From Octopus sinensis (taxonomy: Eukaryota), in assembly GCF_006345805.1 (NCBI RefSeq), contig NC_043012.1, positions 20,274,001 through 20,338,000 on the forward strand: 64,000 bases of DNA. Reading direction: 5' to 3'. Positions 1 to 15,585 of this stretch are shown piece after piece. Under the pieces are notes generated by a model, which was not told the origin of the DNA, did not search any database, and saw nothing but the letters and a program-made list of their open reading frames with translations. Numbering within the stretch: the stretch's first letter is position 1; each line of letters opens with the position of its first letter. Made by a program: the position numbers and the translations under genes.

Positions 1-102
1 TGAAAGACATGGTCGACTTCAGCGGAATTTGAACTCAGAACAAAAGACTGAATGCGCAAAGCATTCTCCCCGATATGTAAACGATTCTATCAGCTCAACG
101 CC
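1..102 (-). mobile_element. Degenerate 5' part of tRNA-derived SINE family A
   Basis: gtcgacttcagcggaatttgaactcagaac...acgattctatcagctc matches the family A copies at 15016-15585 and 50248-50478. Confidence 0.7.
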
Positions 103-1389
103 TTTATATATTTTTATATAATCTGATATATGCCGTGCACCGATCAATTTGACCATCTATTGGCGAATTGTGTTACTAGTTGCAGTTGATGATTTCCTAA
201 TTTGTGTTTAGCATTGATTTAAATTCGGAAAATTCTCTCATTCATCTCTGTATACTGATCTGTCAGAATTGATGCCATAAACTATAGCCATCTAGAAAAC
301 TGAACAGCATACACTCCTCGTTAGTCAAGAGCTCAACTATGGTAAATGACTTCTATTAGAAACGTATTAATCCTTTGCCAATAAGGAAAAAACGTAGAAA
401 AACTTTACAACGGAAATACATGCACTCTAAAACACAATCTCTACGAATTCTCTCTTTATTACCTTATAAAGATTTTCATTCACTTTTGCACTACTATCGC
501 AAGATCCTCACACATTTTGATTCCTGACCTCACGTAATTTGTCTCACACACTCTCCAGCCATTCGTGCTTATGAAGAATATTTTTAACTATAACATTCTG
601 CTCCATTCACTACAATTCTGGTAAGTGTGCATTCTTGAGAATGGTTTTCCTCAGTAACCGTGTGCATTACTTTGGCCAGTATTTTGTGTTCCATATCTTC
701 CGGCAGGAATCTTTTAGTGTCTTGATAAGCTTTGGCCCTCCATTATGAAATATGTGTTATTTTTATATGATAAATCGGAAGGATAATAGGCTGCCATAGT
801 AGACCAGTGCAACAATTAAGTAGTAGCATAAACGCTACCACTTTTAGAGTAATTTCCATTCCGAATGATAAGCGTTGATCTAGATTGTCTTGTAAAACTT
901 TCGGATGAAAATATGCCTGCCTGTTCATTTTGGAATAATTTGTGAGGACGATAGGTCAAAAGTATGTCGTGCATGTTTAGCACAATATATTTTGACACGA
1001 TTAGTAAATCTGTAAGGGAGTTAGGTCAGAAGAATGCTACCCACGTATAACACAATATAATTTTGATTCTTTACAAGATTGCTTCTAATTTCCAGCTTGC
1101 ATTTCGTTTTCGTCCATTAGTTTTATTTTAAATCCTTCTTTCCAGTTGCTATTTATAAGTTTCGTTTCTTTATATCGGCGTACATTATATTGCACTGATT
1201 GTCAAAATTACACCAAAATGATTGCAACACATATTTGCAAATAGTTTTTATTTTATTTTTTTTTTAGTAGTTGTAGTCCATGACCAACATTCATATTCCG
1301 CACGAACATAAAAAAGAACATGAAAATCAAATGTTTTTTTTTTCTCTTAATAACTCAGATAGAGTTCATATCTAAATCAGCATATGTGA

Positions 1390-1435
<46 letters not shown>

Positions 1436-1527
1436 ATGTATATATGCACACACATATACATACACGTATTTATGTATGCATGTATGTATGTATGCATACA
1501 TGAACAGACGGCTGGACGGATGTGTGA

Positions 1528-1592
<65 letters not shown>

Positions 1593-1721
1593 CATATAGA
1601 CACACACATGCATATTCATAAATATATACATACATCCGTTCGCACATAAATGCATTTGTATACACATACGTACACAAAAGTATACGTATATACAGAAAGC
1701 TAGATAGACGGACAGACACAC

Positions 1722-1768
<47 letters not shown>

Positions 1769-1790
1769 GGCAGAGAGAGAGATTGATAGG
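1390..1790. repeat. Compound microsatellite (TA)n/(TG)n/(TAGA)n/(GA)n
   Basis: Direct reading; source of the spurious YIYI/CVCV ORFs. Confidence 0.95.
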
Positions 1791-2249
1791 ACCGGTGTAT
1801 ATCTTCCTTTTCGTATATTCACAATATACTTATTACGTGACATTATCGCAACATCAAACTTTCAAGTAATTCTCATTATATTCTGAAAACGTTGTACCAA
1901 TGACAAGTGCCCATCCAATATAAAGATTATAGCATGAACATTCAATAATATTACCAATAGACTATTTGGCTCATTAGAATTTTTAGACAGAATTATATTT
2001 CATGAGAAGAATACGCCAAAGAGCTAATCTATATTTACAGAACTTATGCATTTACTTTTGCATATCAGAATGTGTGTGTGTGCACGTGTGTGTGTGTGTG
2101 CGTGTGTGCACGCGTCTGTGTGTGTGTGTGTCACTGTATATGTGTATCCATCACTCTCTGGTACGAAGTTTCGCTTCTATTCACATGATTCCGTGTTCTG
2201 TGTCAACACTTGGTACATAGAAACTGGAGCCTGTTGTGTGTATATATGG

Positions 2250-2310
<61 letters not shown>

Positions 2311-2384
2311 GTGTGTGTATATATATATATACACTCATATAGGTGTGTGCGTATGTGTGTACATATGTGTATATATATATATAC

Positions 2385-2718
2385 GCATGGATCAGTGGTT
2401 AGAGCGTCGGGCTTACGATCGTGAGGTTGTGAGCTCGAATCCCGGACCGGGCTGCGTGTTGTGTTCTTGAGCAAGGCACTTTATTTCACGTTGCTCCAGT
2501 TCACTCAGCTGTAGAAATGAGTTGCGACGTCACTGGTGCCAAGCTGTATCGACCTTTGTCTTTCCCCTGGATAACACTGGTGGTGTGGAGAGGGGAGGCT
2601 GGTATGCATGGGCGACTGCTGGTCTTCCATGAACAACCTTGCCCGGACTTGTGTCTAGGAGGGTAACTTTCTAGGTGCAATCCCATGGTCATTCATGACC
2701 GAAGGGGGTCTTTACCTT
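2385..2718 (+). mobile_element. tRNA-derived SINE family B
   Basis: A box-like TGGATCAGTGG and B box-like GCTCGAATCC, then tgtgttcttgagcaaggcactt central motif; flanked by (TA)n. Confidence 0.8.
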
Positions 2719-2726
2719 ATATATAT

Positions 2727-2769
<43 letters not shown>

Positions 2770-2781
2770 TATATATACGTA

Positions 2782-3063
2782 TATCACCGTGATAACCGTG
2801 GCTGACCAGGCTATCAGATGTTGTTACTCATCGCTGGAAACAATGCGCTTCGCATTGTTTTAGCTTCCAGATGACGCCACCCCGCTGGCTAAGAGATCAG
2901 GCTAACAGAAGAAAGAGTGAGAGAAATGTGTGGCAAAAGAGTACAGCAGGGATAGCCACCATCCCCTGCCAGAGTCTCGTGGAGCTTTAGGTGCTTTCGC
3001 TCAATAAACACTCACAAGGCCCGGTCTGGAAATCGAAACTGTGATCCTACGACCGCGGGTCCC
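2782..3063 (-). mobile_element. SINE family C (5'-truncated head, tail type 1)
   Basis: About 2905-3060 aligns with 54630-54775 (gagtgagagaaa...gctttcgctcaataaacactcacaa...cctacgaccgcg). Confidence 0.75.
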
Positions 3064-3072
3064 TATATATAT

Positions 3073-3106
<34 letters not shown>

Positions 3107-3920
3107 CGAGCAAAACGCCCGGCAAAGGACGGTGCTGAACCATATCTGCTGAATAAAAAGCAATCAGTGTTTTCTTTTCGTTAAAAAATAATTAAATATC
3201 CAGTTTACAATTATGCTTTCTGGTGTCTTGATCCACAGGGTATTAAGCCTTCGAATATTAGAAGTATCATGAAGTGTTCTATAACTATATCATGTGTAAA
3301 ACTTTTCGCGACAATTCGTTTCTGCCCTCAACATACTTAGCTTCCAGAGAGAGAGAGTATTAAAGCCTGCCTCTCGTTTATTGATATTATTTTGTGTGTG
3401 TGTGTGTGTGTGCGTGCGTGTGTGTGCGTGTGTGTGTGTGAGACCGTGTGTGTATCGTTGGCGATTTTCTCTTATATTCTATTGTCCGCCTCTATCATTT
3501 GTTATATGCTTGATGAACACTGAGGAATTCCCGAGATAGATCCAGCAAGATTTGTAAATGCTCTGGATGACAATAGGTAGTCCTAAGCAGTGAATGAGTT
3601 TTCACCAGCTAACCGCTAGGCGCAAACCCAATGCTTAAACGATTTCTTTTATATATATATTCTATTAAAGGTTTTGTAAACCTCGTGAAGGGATGGTTTT
3701 ATCCAAGGAAATACAGGTTCAATACCAAATCGTGTTGATGATATAATGTCCTTAAAATAATAGGTATATATTTAAAAACATAGAAACTAATATATTTCTT
3801 CAAAACGTTATAGCGTAAAGATAAGCATTTAAAATTTCATTAGCCAATCGGAATTAATTGACCAACACCGATCTATATTAGCTTATTCTTAGGGGTGAAG
3901 ATTAAGAAGAGTAAATACAT

Positions 3921-3979
<59 letters not shown>

Positions 3980-4643
3980 CGTGTGTGTGTGTGTGTGTGA
4001 ATGTGCATAAGTATTTTGTATTTACGCATGCCTTTGTATATATACGCATATACATGCATGCGTGGATGTGTACATGTGTAGGCGTGTGTATGTGTGGGTA
4101 TATGTATGTGTCTCTGTGTATATATAAGGACGTACAGATACAGATATATATGTGCGTATATGTATACGTTCTTAATTGCATATATAAACATTTTCGAATC
4201 TTTATTCATAATTTATAAACGAATATTCCATTCTTTTATTAGCTATAAACTTACCTTATATATATTTAAATTTCCTCTATAATCTCTATTTAATTTATTC
4301 ATTTATTATTCTAATTCTGTTCCCATACGTATCTCCAATAAACCTGTAAACTCCACGCACGAACATATAACAATACAAATCCTAAACTTTATCATTGTTC
4401 TGCTATAATGAATCCATAAACACATACAAAACATCCAAACGTATATTGTTTTACCTCTGAAGATACTATGCTCAGGTCATATAAATATAGATTTAATATT
4501 TACTTAATCTTTACTGAGTATTAATGAAAACAGATGTAAGTAAAGATTGTTAATTTACTGTTAATAAAAAAAAAACAATTATTAACTTCCCAATCTGCAT
4601 TTTCTTTTCTTACATATATATGTATATATATATATGTACACAC

Positions 4644-4676
<33 letters not shown>

Positions 4677-4704
4677 GATATATATATATATATATATATA
4701 TATA

Positions 4705-4767
<63 letters not shown>

Positions 4768-4799
4768 TTATATATATATATGTGTGTGTGTGTGTTTAT

Positions 4800-4925
4800 G
4801 ATTCCAGATCCACATGGTTTCGGATTCAGTCCCATTGCGTGGCACGCTGAGCACATTCCTTTTGCTTTAGCCTGAAGCCAACCGAAGCATCGTGAGTGGA
4901 TTGAGTAGGAGAAAAATGAAAGTAT
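4800..4925 (+). mobile_element. SINE family D head fragment
   Basis: cacatggtttcggattcagtcccattgcgtggcac...gtgagtggatt is the reverse complement of the head at 48260-48412. Confidence 0.6.
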
Positions 4926-7900
4926 TTCTTTCTATATAGAATTATGTGCGTCTGTGGTTATGCGTAGCTTTCTTTCTCTTCCTAGCCCCTTTTTGATTTG
5001 TCTACATCATAAAGAAGAGGACAGAATATGTTCTAACTTAAAACCCACACAAAATAAAAATGCAAATAGTACTGGGTTCGATTCTTTCCAACAAAAATTT
5101 TCCAAGGTCGTGCATCGGATGCCTGCAGTCTGAGGAGTGAAGTAAGTAAACGTTAAAAAAAATCATGCCTACGTTCCCGCTCAATCCCCATACACAAACT
5201 AACGCATACACACGCACATATTTTTATTCATTACATATACCAAGGTACTAAGCATAAGTATCATAAAGAACATACTCGTCCCTTGTCAAACTTTAACATT
5301 AAATCTGACAGAAGAAATTTACAACTAAAAACCAAACATAACTTTCTTTGAGGCTAATCTTTTCTATGCATTCAAAGCTTCGACATTGTATGTATGTATT
5401 ATTATTGTTCTTTTCTTAAACGTGTAGTCATCATTCGATCAACGTTATTTTCCTTAAATTATAAAATTTAAAACATTCCCCAGAAATAACTGCATTTAAA
5501 ACAAATGATGATTGATTAGATACACAAAGAAGAAATATTCCCTCACATATTTGTAGCTCTTTTGAAATTAAAGTTCCGTAATCTTGTAAAAGAAATGGTG
5601 TACCAAACATTTCCGAAACAATAAATTGCGTATAAACAAGCTGTCACTGTGCGTATTTCAATACGTGCCAATATGCTTTTATTCAATTTCGTAAGCTTGA
5701 TTAGGTGTGAGATGTGAAAGAAAGAGCGAGATATTGAGGAGAGTCAGTGAGAGAAATAGAGAGATGCATATTGTAAATATGAATGATTTATGAGTATATC
5801 CTTTTAATGTTTGATGAAATAATGGTGTATTAAAATTAGATTCCACTAGCCGGCACATCATCTAAATCCAGTCAGGAAAATGTCGACAGCATAATGGCTT
5901 AGGTGTCAAATGTCATTTATTGCAGCTAACTAAGATGGAAGTAAATCGCGGCAATTCTCTCTAGTGTCCATTGGAAGCCGCTATACGTCACAGGTTCAAA
6001 AGACAGCTTACTTTGTTCAAGTAAAAATACAAAATAAAATTAGGCTGTGTGCATTAAGGATTTGTAGTTCTGCAATTCACTTTATACATCAGGATCTAAG
6101 ACTAGCGTAAAGTTTACTAGTTTGCTTTTACTAATGTATTTACAAAGAAAACTTCTTAAGATTTAATTCTTAGTTTTATAAATGATTACCACAGGTATTT
6201 AAACAAAATCAGCTTTGTTCCTTCATGTGTGCGTGCCTTCATTTTCGACAGTCAACGTTTAACTTCTGTTAAACTTTGAGCGCTGTATTTGACAAGAAGG
6301 TGACATTTCACCCGAAAATCTATGAATAATTATACACTTACTAAGATTGTTATTGTTCATATTATTAATACTAACGTTCTGATGCGTTTTTTTATTCTAA
6401 TTGATTCTTGGTAGTAGTGCGACATGGTGTCAACGAGTGCAGTAGGTTTTATTCTGATAAAATCTAGATAGAATATAATACTATACAGAGATATTTTGAG
6501 GAAAGCAAGTAATGGAATATAAGAATGCAGATGAACGTGACAACCTAACACATGCTTTGTCATAATACCCACCCACCCCAATATAAATGCCATTATTCTA
6601 AAACCTCGATGCAAATACATAACAGTTATCCCTCCTATAAGTACAAAATTGGCTTTGTATCCAGTGATTAATAACATTAACTCTTAATCCAGAAGAAAAA
6701 AAATTGAAGAAAACTTCGAGCCTTCCCTTCCTGCAGCATCCATTTAAACAGAACATTTTAATTCATTAAGAAACCTATTATTCTTACGTTATACTTGCCC
6801 ATAATTATAGATGTCTTCTTTGAAATTCTGGAGTCAATTATACTCGGGAGAAAGTATGAATATATTTTCAAATCTCTTTTATCTATTAAGACGAATCGGT
6901 GTGAATGCTTCAATTTGGATTGATGATATTTGATGTCAATTATGCCATGAGATATACACAGACAATTGCGATTACCGTAAAGTCGTCTACATAGTGCGAA
7001 TGACAATCTGCTATGGAAAGCTCTGAATGTCTAGCAATGTTAAGAGTTAATAGGCTATCTTCTCTCTTAAGTGCCCACATTATTTCATTTTATCTATAGA
7101 AAACTAATTTGCTTCAAATATTCCTACGTTCCATCGAACAAAATGTGAACTGATACTTTATTTCTAAAATGTAACCAAAAAAAAACGAACGCAAACGAAG
7201 TAATCCTTTTACGATTTTAAAAAATTTTGGTTGGGGTTAGAAACGTTGGGTGCAGAATTATTATAATTTTTATGCAAGCGAATGCACGATATTTTAAGTA
7301 AGATATATTTATCAACTAACATTTCTCATACTTCAAGAATACAGGGTTGGATATTCTAATATATGTCATTCTTTACCACTCGTTATTGTCTTTAATCATG
7401 TTGTGTCTCTTAAGTTTTGATTGTTTGGTACACACCGATATATTTTTCCACTTCTTGTAAAAGGCAGGATTACTAAAAATGCAAATATTTATTCCGACAT
7501 TAAATATTTAATTTCAAAATCAAAATACATACAATTTACTTTCCTATTTTCCTGTAACATATACTTATCCTACCTTAATTCTATAATATGTTACAATTTA
7601 CCGCGTGTAACTGGGAATTAATTTTAACTTTAGAAATAAAAAACAGTTACATGGAACAGATGAGTAACACATAATCATAACTTAAAACCAGAAAACTGGT
7701 TTAAAAAATCTAGTTTATTAATAGTATTACGATACTTCTTACAGAACTTCAATTCTGCTTTCAGTATTAATAAATATTTTTGTATGATCTACTAAGGTAC
7801 AAAGGAACAACACAAATGACAGCTGGGTATGCATAGCAATTCACAAAGTACAGCCCTAGAGCTGCATTATAACTTGCTAATACTGCGTTCGTTATGCATA

Positions 7901-8562
7901 TATTATTGCTTTCTTATCAGCTCTACATTTTGCTCAACTTTTATCTCACATATTGTTTTCGAATCGTTATTCGGCTTTCTCGGACTTAACAACTACTCAT
8001 CACCAACTGTATTCATTTAATATAAAATTGATTATGATAGGTGTTTAACCATTATATGAAACCGATTTTTCGAGACGTTTATGAGATTTGGATATAATGG
8101 CGTATGCATTGTAAGAATTATCTTATGTCACTCAGACGGGTTGCCTATATTTTATGAAGAAAGACGTAAACACCAGCATATCTTCTTTAAAGCAATTCAA
8201 TATTAAGTGTCAAACATGTTCCTTTTAGATAGAGTTTCGTATAAATGACACACATACGTTATCTTTCCAGAAGGGAATATGTTCTTTCGGTCTTATCTTT
8301 ACGAAAAGAATATTGCTTCCATCGCAGCTAAATATTCCATTGGCTTTCAAAGAAATTCCCATATCTTATGTTCTACTTGTCAACATTAAATTAGCGCTCC
8401 GTATTAAAAGCTTCTTTAAAGAACACATTAAGTGTGTTATGTTCATATGTACATACATGCTTGTGTATGTAGGCTTGCAGTACAATATTTAAATTAGTAT
8501 GTAATTTCTTATTTGAAAGAGCATATCGCTATTTCATAGTTGAAAAGTTTTACTTTGCTTAC

Positions 8563-8727
8563 TTCTGTGACAATAAACCATTGATCTTCAAATTTCTATT
8601 CGATGCTGCGCCGTACATCCGCCTTTTGGTGGTTTCTAGTGGCAGACATCTCTTAGTATATGAAGCGATTAACACATTCTCGTTCAACGCTTCACCCATT
8701 TGTTGTTTTGGGACGTTTCCCACAGTT
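8563..8727 (-). CDS. Candidate internal coding exon, 165 bp, phase 2/2, product unknown
   Basis: Pyrimidine tract cttgtttcctcttccctcctcc, then actaaat, then tag| acceptor; aa|gtaagc donor; only one frame is open (TVGNVPKQQMGEALNENVLIASYTKRCLPLETTKRRMYGAASNRNLKINGLLSQ). Confidence 0.4.
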
Positions 8728-9604
8728 CTAGTAAATGATTTAGTGGAGGAGGGAAGAGGAAACAAGATGTAGTAAGAAACAGAGAGGTTGGCAGACACAT
8801 CAAGAAGATACTACCCAAAATTTGTCTGTTACTTTACCAACCAGCGTAGATGAAATTAAATTTGAGCTACCTGTATTTTGAATTCAGAACGCAGACTCAA
8901 AGAAAATATATATTAAAAAACATATACGAAGCTCGAAAGGCTCAGGGCCTTCGCAACTAGAACATTGATACGAGAAAAAATTTTATGTTAAGGGCTGGTG
9001 AGAAGCTTTCGGCTCTATGAATATACGAAGCAGTAAAATATCCATTCTCTGATATCAGTCAAATATATTTTGTAAAGGAATCGCAATTGGCAGTTGTCTC
9101 GCCATGAATGACGTTCGCTATTCGGTGTTTACTATTGTGTTTAATTCTTGTATATTTTATGTACATATTTCACACGAGTTCGTTGCATTTTTGCTACTGG
9201 TGAAAATAATGGTTAAATATCCTCATCCATTCGACACCACAGGTAAACAATAAAATAATTTGAATCATTGGAAACAGAAATCTCTGAAATATCGAATTCA
9301 TATCAGTACAAATTTTATTTTCATTTTATTGGTCAACCTTGTATCACTAACCAATATCGATTCCCTTTTCAAACGTCATAAAAAGGCAATGTATATTATC
9401 TTCTCAAATATATATTTTTGTGTGGAAAAATGTAGTGGATATTCTACAAGACATTTCTAAATCAAACTCGATGCTCAGCTGAAGATATTGCAATTGAGTA
9501 AATCAATTGTTTGGTCGAAATTTTACTTCCTTGAAGATTTTACAAAAGTAAGCATCCGTACTACTCTTTTAGCTAGATTATCATCCGGATTCCCTTTTTC
9601 ATCT

Positions 9605-9990
9605 TTTACTGCTTTTAGTCAATGTAATGTAGATACACTGGATGGATGTCCTCCTTGAAAGGACTGAGCCCAGTATCTAGTTTTTAAAAGGTTCTTACTT
9701 ATTCTATCTGTCTTTTGCCGAACTGTTATACGTATTACTGGGAGTAAACAAACCAACACTGGTGGTAGACAAACACTAAGATATACACACATAGGTATAC
9801 ACAGACACGCAAACACACACACACACACACAAACTTATATATATGAAGAGCTTTCAGTTTCCGTCTACCAAATCTATTCGCAATAACGTGGTTGGCCCGG
9901 AGCCATAGTAGGAACCATTTAACCGAACTACAAGTGAACTAACTCAGAACCATATGGCTCTCAAGCAAATTATTTCCCACAGAGCCTCTT
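9605..9990 (-). mobile_element. SINE family D, degenerate full copy with internal (CA)n
   Basis: Head (tttcagtttccgtctaccaaatc...gaaccatatgg) and tail (cttattctatctgtcttttgccgaactg) are collinear with 35700-36040. Confidence 0.65.
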
Positions 9991-11280
9991 CCACAAATTA
10001 CTACAAATATTTTATCGATAACGCATGCACATTATTGCTGCATATTCTAGGCCGGCCAATTATCCCGATCTCCCGGTATACTAATAGCCCTTAGCCCAGA
10101 TGTTAACTACTGGTACACATTGATTGCGAAAAATTTGTGTTCGATTGCCTATCTGTTTCGAAACATATTCTAATATACTTTGAGATATACAATTGTTGCA
10201 TCGGAATAAAACCGGCATGCTAGCACCATCATTTTTGTGGCGAAATTATAGATCAGATGTACAAAATATGTCTCTATTTGGCGACAAAATTTGCTTGCGT
10301 AAAATATGTCAGGAATGTCAAAAATTATCAGGAAACTTTCTTAAAATATATTTTATCGAATATCCGCTTTCCAATCATGTCAGAGGCCATTATTCACTTT
10401 CAGATTACTGTTATTTCCAAATGAAGCTCTATGTGAAGTCTCTGTTTCTCTTCACTACTACTACTGCTGCTACCACTTAATATTTTAGTCATCTGGCATT
10501 ACTCTAATTTTCAATGAGTGATGTTTCCAAATGGTTGTATTTTATGTTATGGGTTTTTGGATGCCTGTTATTGCTAAATGAAGACTTATGGCATGCATAA
10601 GGTTGATAACATTGCTATTTTCTAGTAGTGCCATTACGACACAATTTAATTTGTGACGAGTAAGGAAGCCATGTTAGCCTAAATCTTTTTCTAAAAGTCA
10701 TAAAAATGCAGTGACGCATTTTCTTGCCAAACTATTTTATGTATGTACGTCATATTAGACACAATACTAAATATTTCCTAATAGCATCTGACTGTGTACG
10801 GTTGAGGAAAATGCAATATAAATTCTTAGACACACATGCATATACATATATGTGTGCGTATAGGTGTGTGTATGTGTGAGTGTGTATGTAGGTGTACACA
10901 TATACACAGATTGATAAACTTACGAGCAGCATACATTAAGATTTCTCTATATCTAGAAAGAAATTCTTGCTAACTCACCAGTTCTTGCATCTAAAATTAA
11001 ATATGTTGTTAATGTGCTTATTTTTATGACCACTGTTACTAAAGGCTCGCAATAAGAAACAATCAAAATATAGTTTCACTGAAGTAGAGACTGTCAAATT
11101 TCCACTCTCGGAATCAATGATCTATCACGGTGGTAAATTATCAACTAAAAGAAGGGTGAATAACTGAAATAGAAAACTCTCTAAAGAAGTTGCTCGCCGG
11201 TATATTTATGTGGCATTACATAGTAATTTCAAATTTTACCAGCACGGAGACGAACAGTTTTCTATCAAACACACACACAC

Positions 11281-11327
<47 letters not shown>

Positions 11328-12629
11328 ATATATACATATAGGTTCAAACTGGGGACTAGATATGTATGTTTTCCCCACTTTTTCTCAAACATGAAGCAAT
11401 GTTGAAATTAAATACTTGCATGAAGAGTTCTAGTTGGAAGAAAATGAGTAAGTATAAAACGCAGTTGAGGGCTTGAATTGCAGACAGTGCCCTTCCGTTG
11501 AGGAACAATCAGTATTCCTAATTACAGTATGATCTGAAGCTGGACACAATAAAGAAACAGAAGGGTGTAAAATGGTCGGGAGAGGTAAAGTGACGTCTAC
11601 ACAGGCCAATCAAGATTTGCTAATCATCACTGCTGAAGCTGCAGTAAAGACAGCAAAAACCAAATAATAAACTCATTCGGTCCAGAAGCTAGAGGCTGCT
11701 GTGTGTCTTCGTAGGCAAATCAATGTCAGTCTGACTAGTGGCATTTCTCTCAATGCTACTTAGGATTTATATCAAGTTCTTAATCTCTGCTGTTGAATAG
11801 TGGCCACTGTTTTCTTCTTTTTTTTGTTTCTACTTAGACTGTCATCATATTCTCGTGCCTCTCCTCTTATTAGCAATCGAAGCCGTTGCGATTTTTCATT
11901 ATTTACATCAAAACAATGATGGACGCTGATATGAATTGTATAAGAGTTTAAAACGATTGCAATGGGACTTGAAATCAAAATATAGACGGTTGAAATGTAT
12001 AAAGCAAAGAGATATAAAGTCAGTGACGTTAAATAATATGTGCAGTAGGCATCATACTGAATGAAGTATTTTGTCTCTTATTATTTACAGTTCAAACACC
12101 GATGTAATTAACTTTGATTTTCAATACATTCTAGGTCGAAATTATATCAATCTGCCTGAGGGATTTTATTGCACCCCTTCCATTCATATTTTGTAATGAT
12201 GTAAGAAAACCTTATAATTTATAGATATACAACGGTAATAAAAACGCAAGAAGGATGGAGACCAGATAACTAATTCGCCTAAGTAACCTAATTACACCCA
12301 GTTTGCTACATCGACAAAATACGCATTTGTTAATAACTAGAACTTATTGATTTGGATACACACCGCCTCAGAAACGTCGGAGTATTTGTCTATATTTGAA
12401 ATCATTAGTATTTATTATAAAAAGGAAAATATCCACTATATTTTAAAACTCTAATACTTAAGGGGTATTAAACCTATTCAAAATATCAAAGGAATTAACC
12501 ATTCAACTTGTTCTTACGTGAAATGTTGTGTTAAGATCAAACCGATAGTAAAATGTTATTTACTTCTAGAAGTAAGCTAATGGATTATGAAAGAATGGAG
12601 AACAACAGAAAATGGTTTAAAAGAGTCCG

Positions 12630-12673
<44 letters not shown>

Positions 12674-15015
12674 GGATAGAACGTTGTTAACAACATATCG
12701 GACATGGATATTTAGAAGGCGGCTGAACTCTGCTGATTACACTTAAATGTGATGTGCATTGATGTGACACCAGAGATCATATTAGGTTACTCCTTATTAC
12801 CAAAATATACTGAGGATGATTATGTTGACTGAACTGATATATGATATGTTGAATTAGTAGGAATAGTCCTTTGTTCACTAATAAAATTTAGAGACACTCT
12901 GTAACTTTGCTGTTCTGATCATTGGCGCCACTATTATCTCATTTCTAATACAGAAGGATGTATTAACATTACTGTGATTTTTTTGTTTTGCTGTTTTTGC
13001 AGTGACGAAAAACAATTGATTTCCTTTTGTACGGTAACAGATACAAGGAAGGCCATAAATCATTGTGTAGTTTGGGCTAAAAAAATTAAGCCTGTTGTGT
13101 GTGTGTGTGTGAGTGCATTTTGTGACAGAATGAAGGACAGTTGTGAGGGATCGATATTTATTTGAACTGAAAACAGGAAAGGACTTAATTAAACATCTTT
13201 AAAATTTTTCATTCTTCACCCTAGCAAATTTGTATTGTTTGTGCTACATGCTTGGATATCGCAGTCTTTTATTTCAAATTGAACCTTGAAGAACTATTGT
13301 CGGTGTTAATTCAATTCATTTGAGACTCGTACGCATGCACCTTTCCAAATATTTTCCGCCCTCAGTACATAGTGTAGTAAGGTTTCATGTTCAGTTACTT
13401 GGCTAGCAAAGTCGTGATTTTAAGAGAATTATTTAGTTTTCCAGGATTTCTGGCTGCAAGGGATTTGTGTTCATGACAGAGAACTAAATCAATTTTTCTG
13501 TTCTGAAGAATTATTCTGTCTTGTCGTTGTAATCTAAATATTAATAATTTGTTCAATAAATTCCGTTCAAAAGCCCGAAGATACAGAGTAGCAGATTAAC
13601 CTGCAAAGGGTGGATTTAACAGACATTGGTTTAAAAATAAGGTGGGTGTTCTACTAGAGAAAATCCTATTATTCTCCAGGATCGTGCACGTCAATATACT
13701 ATTTGCCCGCTCAAAGTCACTTACGTGTGTGTAGGTATGTTGATATATGAACATGTGCATTTATGTTATTCTGAACATGTATGCTGATGTATGTGTGTGT
13801 ATGTTAAAGAATTAGAACGCAACTGTGAATGTATTTCAGTGTTTCCCTTTATATATTGACACACGCTTTTATATTAGTGTTAATTAAAATACCGACATTC
13901 GCGTGATGAAAGAACAGGCCGAAAACCCATACTTAGCCAGCAGGTATACACAAATATTACAATATATTAATATTTAACGAACAATAAGTCCCGTAAAACG
14001 GCAAAAATCATCAATACCAATCGTGTGAACTAGAAAATATCAACAGTTTCCCGCTTTTAACTTCACACAATTTTATTGAAAACTATCGGTCTTGCTTCAA
14101 AATATGGTTAAACGTTAATAAATGTCGCATCATAATATATCGCATTTCTGTTACATGCTTCTATATCCAATAAGCATTTAGTAATTTAGGCACGAAAAAA
14201 ATAAATGGATTTTTTCCAGTGAAAAATTTAACTTTGAATGGATTCAGCATACTAAAAGATGAAGATAAGAACACGGTTTTAATCTCCTAATGAATCAACT
14301 ATTTTACTCTTTATTTTAACCATTAGTTAAGAAGTTTTCTGCGATAATGTTCACGCAAAAACTTTCATAGGAGAAATAAAATCTGATAAGTATTGCAACT
14401 CAATGGTTAATGTTTATCTTGCTTGCAGTAAATCACAAGTTTATTCACAGGAAAAGAGCAAAGAAGGAAACAAGGCAATCTCTATAAATCTCTTTAAATT
14501 TAATATAATTTGAAATATAAAACGTAAATAGAGACGCTGTTATGTGTTTCAGTTATATCGGTGAAGCACGGCTAAAAATGTAAATGGAAACAATAACTGC
14601 ACTACTACGATCACGACTATAAAATAACGTTTTGTCCAGAGTCATTAGATCGACGGTATCCTAGTATATTAGATTCTAGATTCAAAGTGTATGGTTGCTG
14701 TATTTCTGTATGCAATGAATCTAAAAAGTATATGTGTACTTCATGGCGGTAAAGGTATCTCATTCACATCTCATTCATTAATCTCATTCAAAATATCTGG
14801 TCTTTACTACTTTTAGAATCCAATATATAGTGGAACAGTGTAGCAATCATTGCAGCATCACACCAAATTCCTTACGATATTTGAGTTATTGCAACTTATA
14901 TCTTCTGTGATAAAATTCGTCCTATCTCTATGTTTGTTTCATCCTTGGGTGTATTTTAGTATATATTAATTACGCCTTCATTTATGTTTTGATTCAAGCT
15001 TCTATAGTACCATTC

Positions 15016-15585
15016 ATTTCTTTATTGCCCACAGGGGGCTAAACATAGAGGGGACAAACAATGACAGAAAATGAGATTAAGTGGATTACATCGACTCCAG
15101 TGCGTAACAGGTATTTATTTAATCGACCCCGAAAGGATGAAAAGCAATGCCGACGTCGGCGGAGTTTAAACTGAGAACGTAACGGCAGAGGAAATACCTA
15201 TTTCTTTATTACCCACAAAGGGGCTAAACACAGAGACGACAAACAAGGACAGACAAACGGATTAAGTCGATTATATCGACCCCAGTGCGTAACTGGTACG
15301 TATTCAATCGACACCGAAATGATGAAAGGCAAAGTCGACCTCGGTGGAATATGAACTCAGAACGTAGCGGTAGACGTAATACCTATTTCTTTATTACCCA
15401 CAAGGGGCTAAACACAGAGGGGACAAACAAGGACAGACATAGGTATTAAGTCGATTACATCGACCCCAGTGCGTAACTGGTACTTAATTTATCGACCCCG
15501 AAAGGATGAATGGCAAAGTTGACCTCGGCGGAATTTGAACTCACAACGTAACGGCAGACGAAATACCGCTAAGCATTTCGCCGCC
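15016..15585 (-). mobile_element. SINE family A, head-to-tail trimer of ~185-bp units
   Basis: Units start at ~15016, ~15200 and ~15385 (tttctttatt.cccac..ggggctaaaca); B box GAGTTCAAATTCC on the minus strand. Confidence 0.85.

Noticed and set aside
2385-2455. tRNA-like sequences here and at 54740-54810 and 50248-50335
   Set aside because: They are SINE heads running into SINE bodies; I could not form a complete cloverleaf
11590-11615. TGACGTC and CCAAT motifs as a promoter
   Set aside because: Short motifs with no associated exon or start evidence
12878-13165. Minus-strand open frame after a good acceptor (ttcctgttttcag)
   Set aside because: Runs through (CA)n, has no donor and no recognisable protein; could be chance
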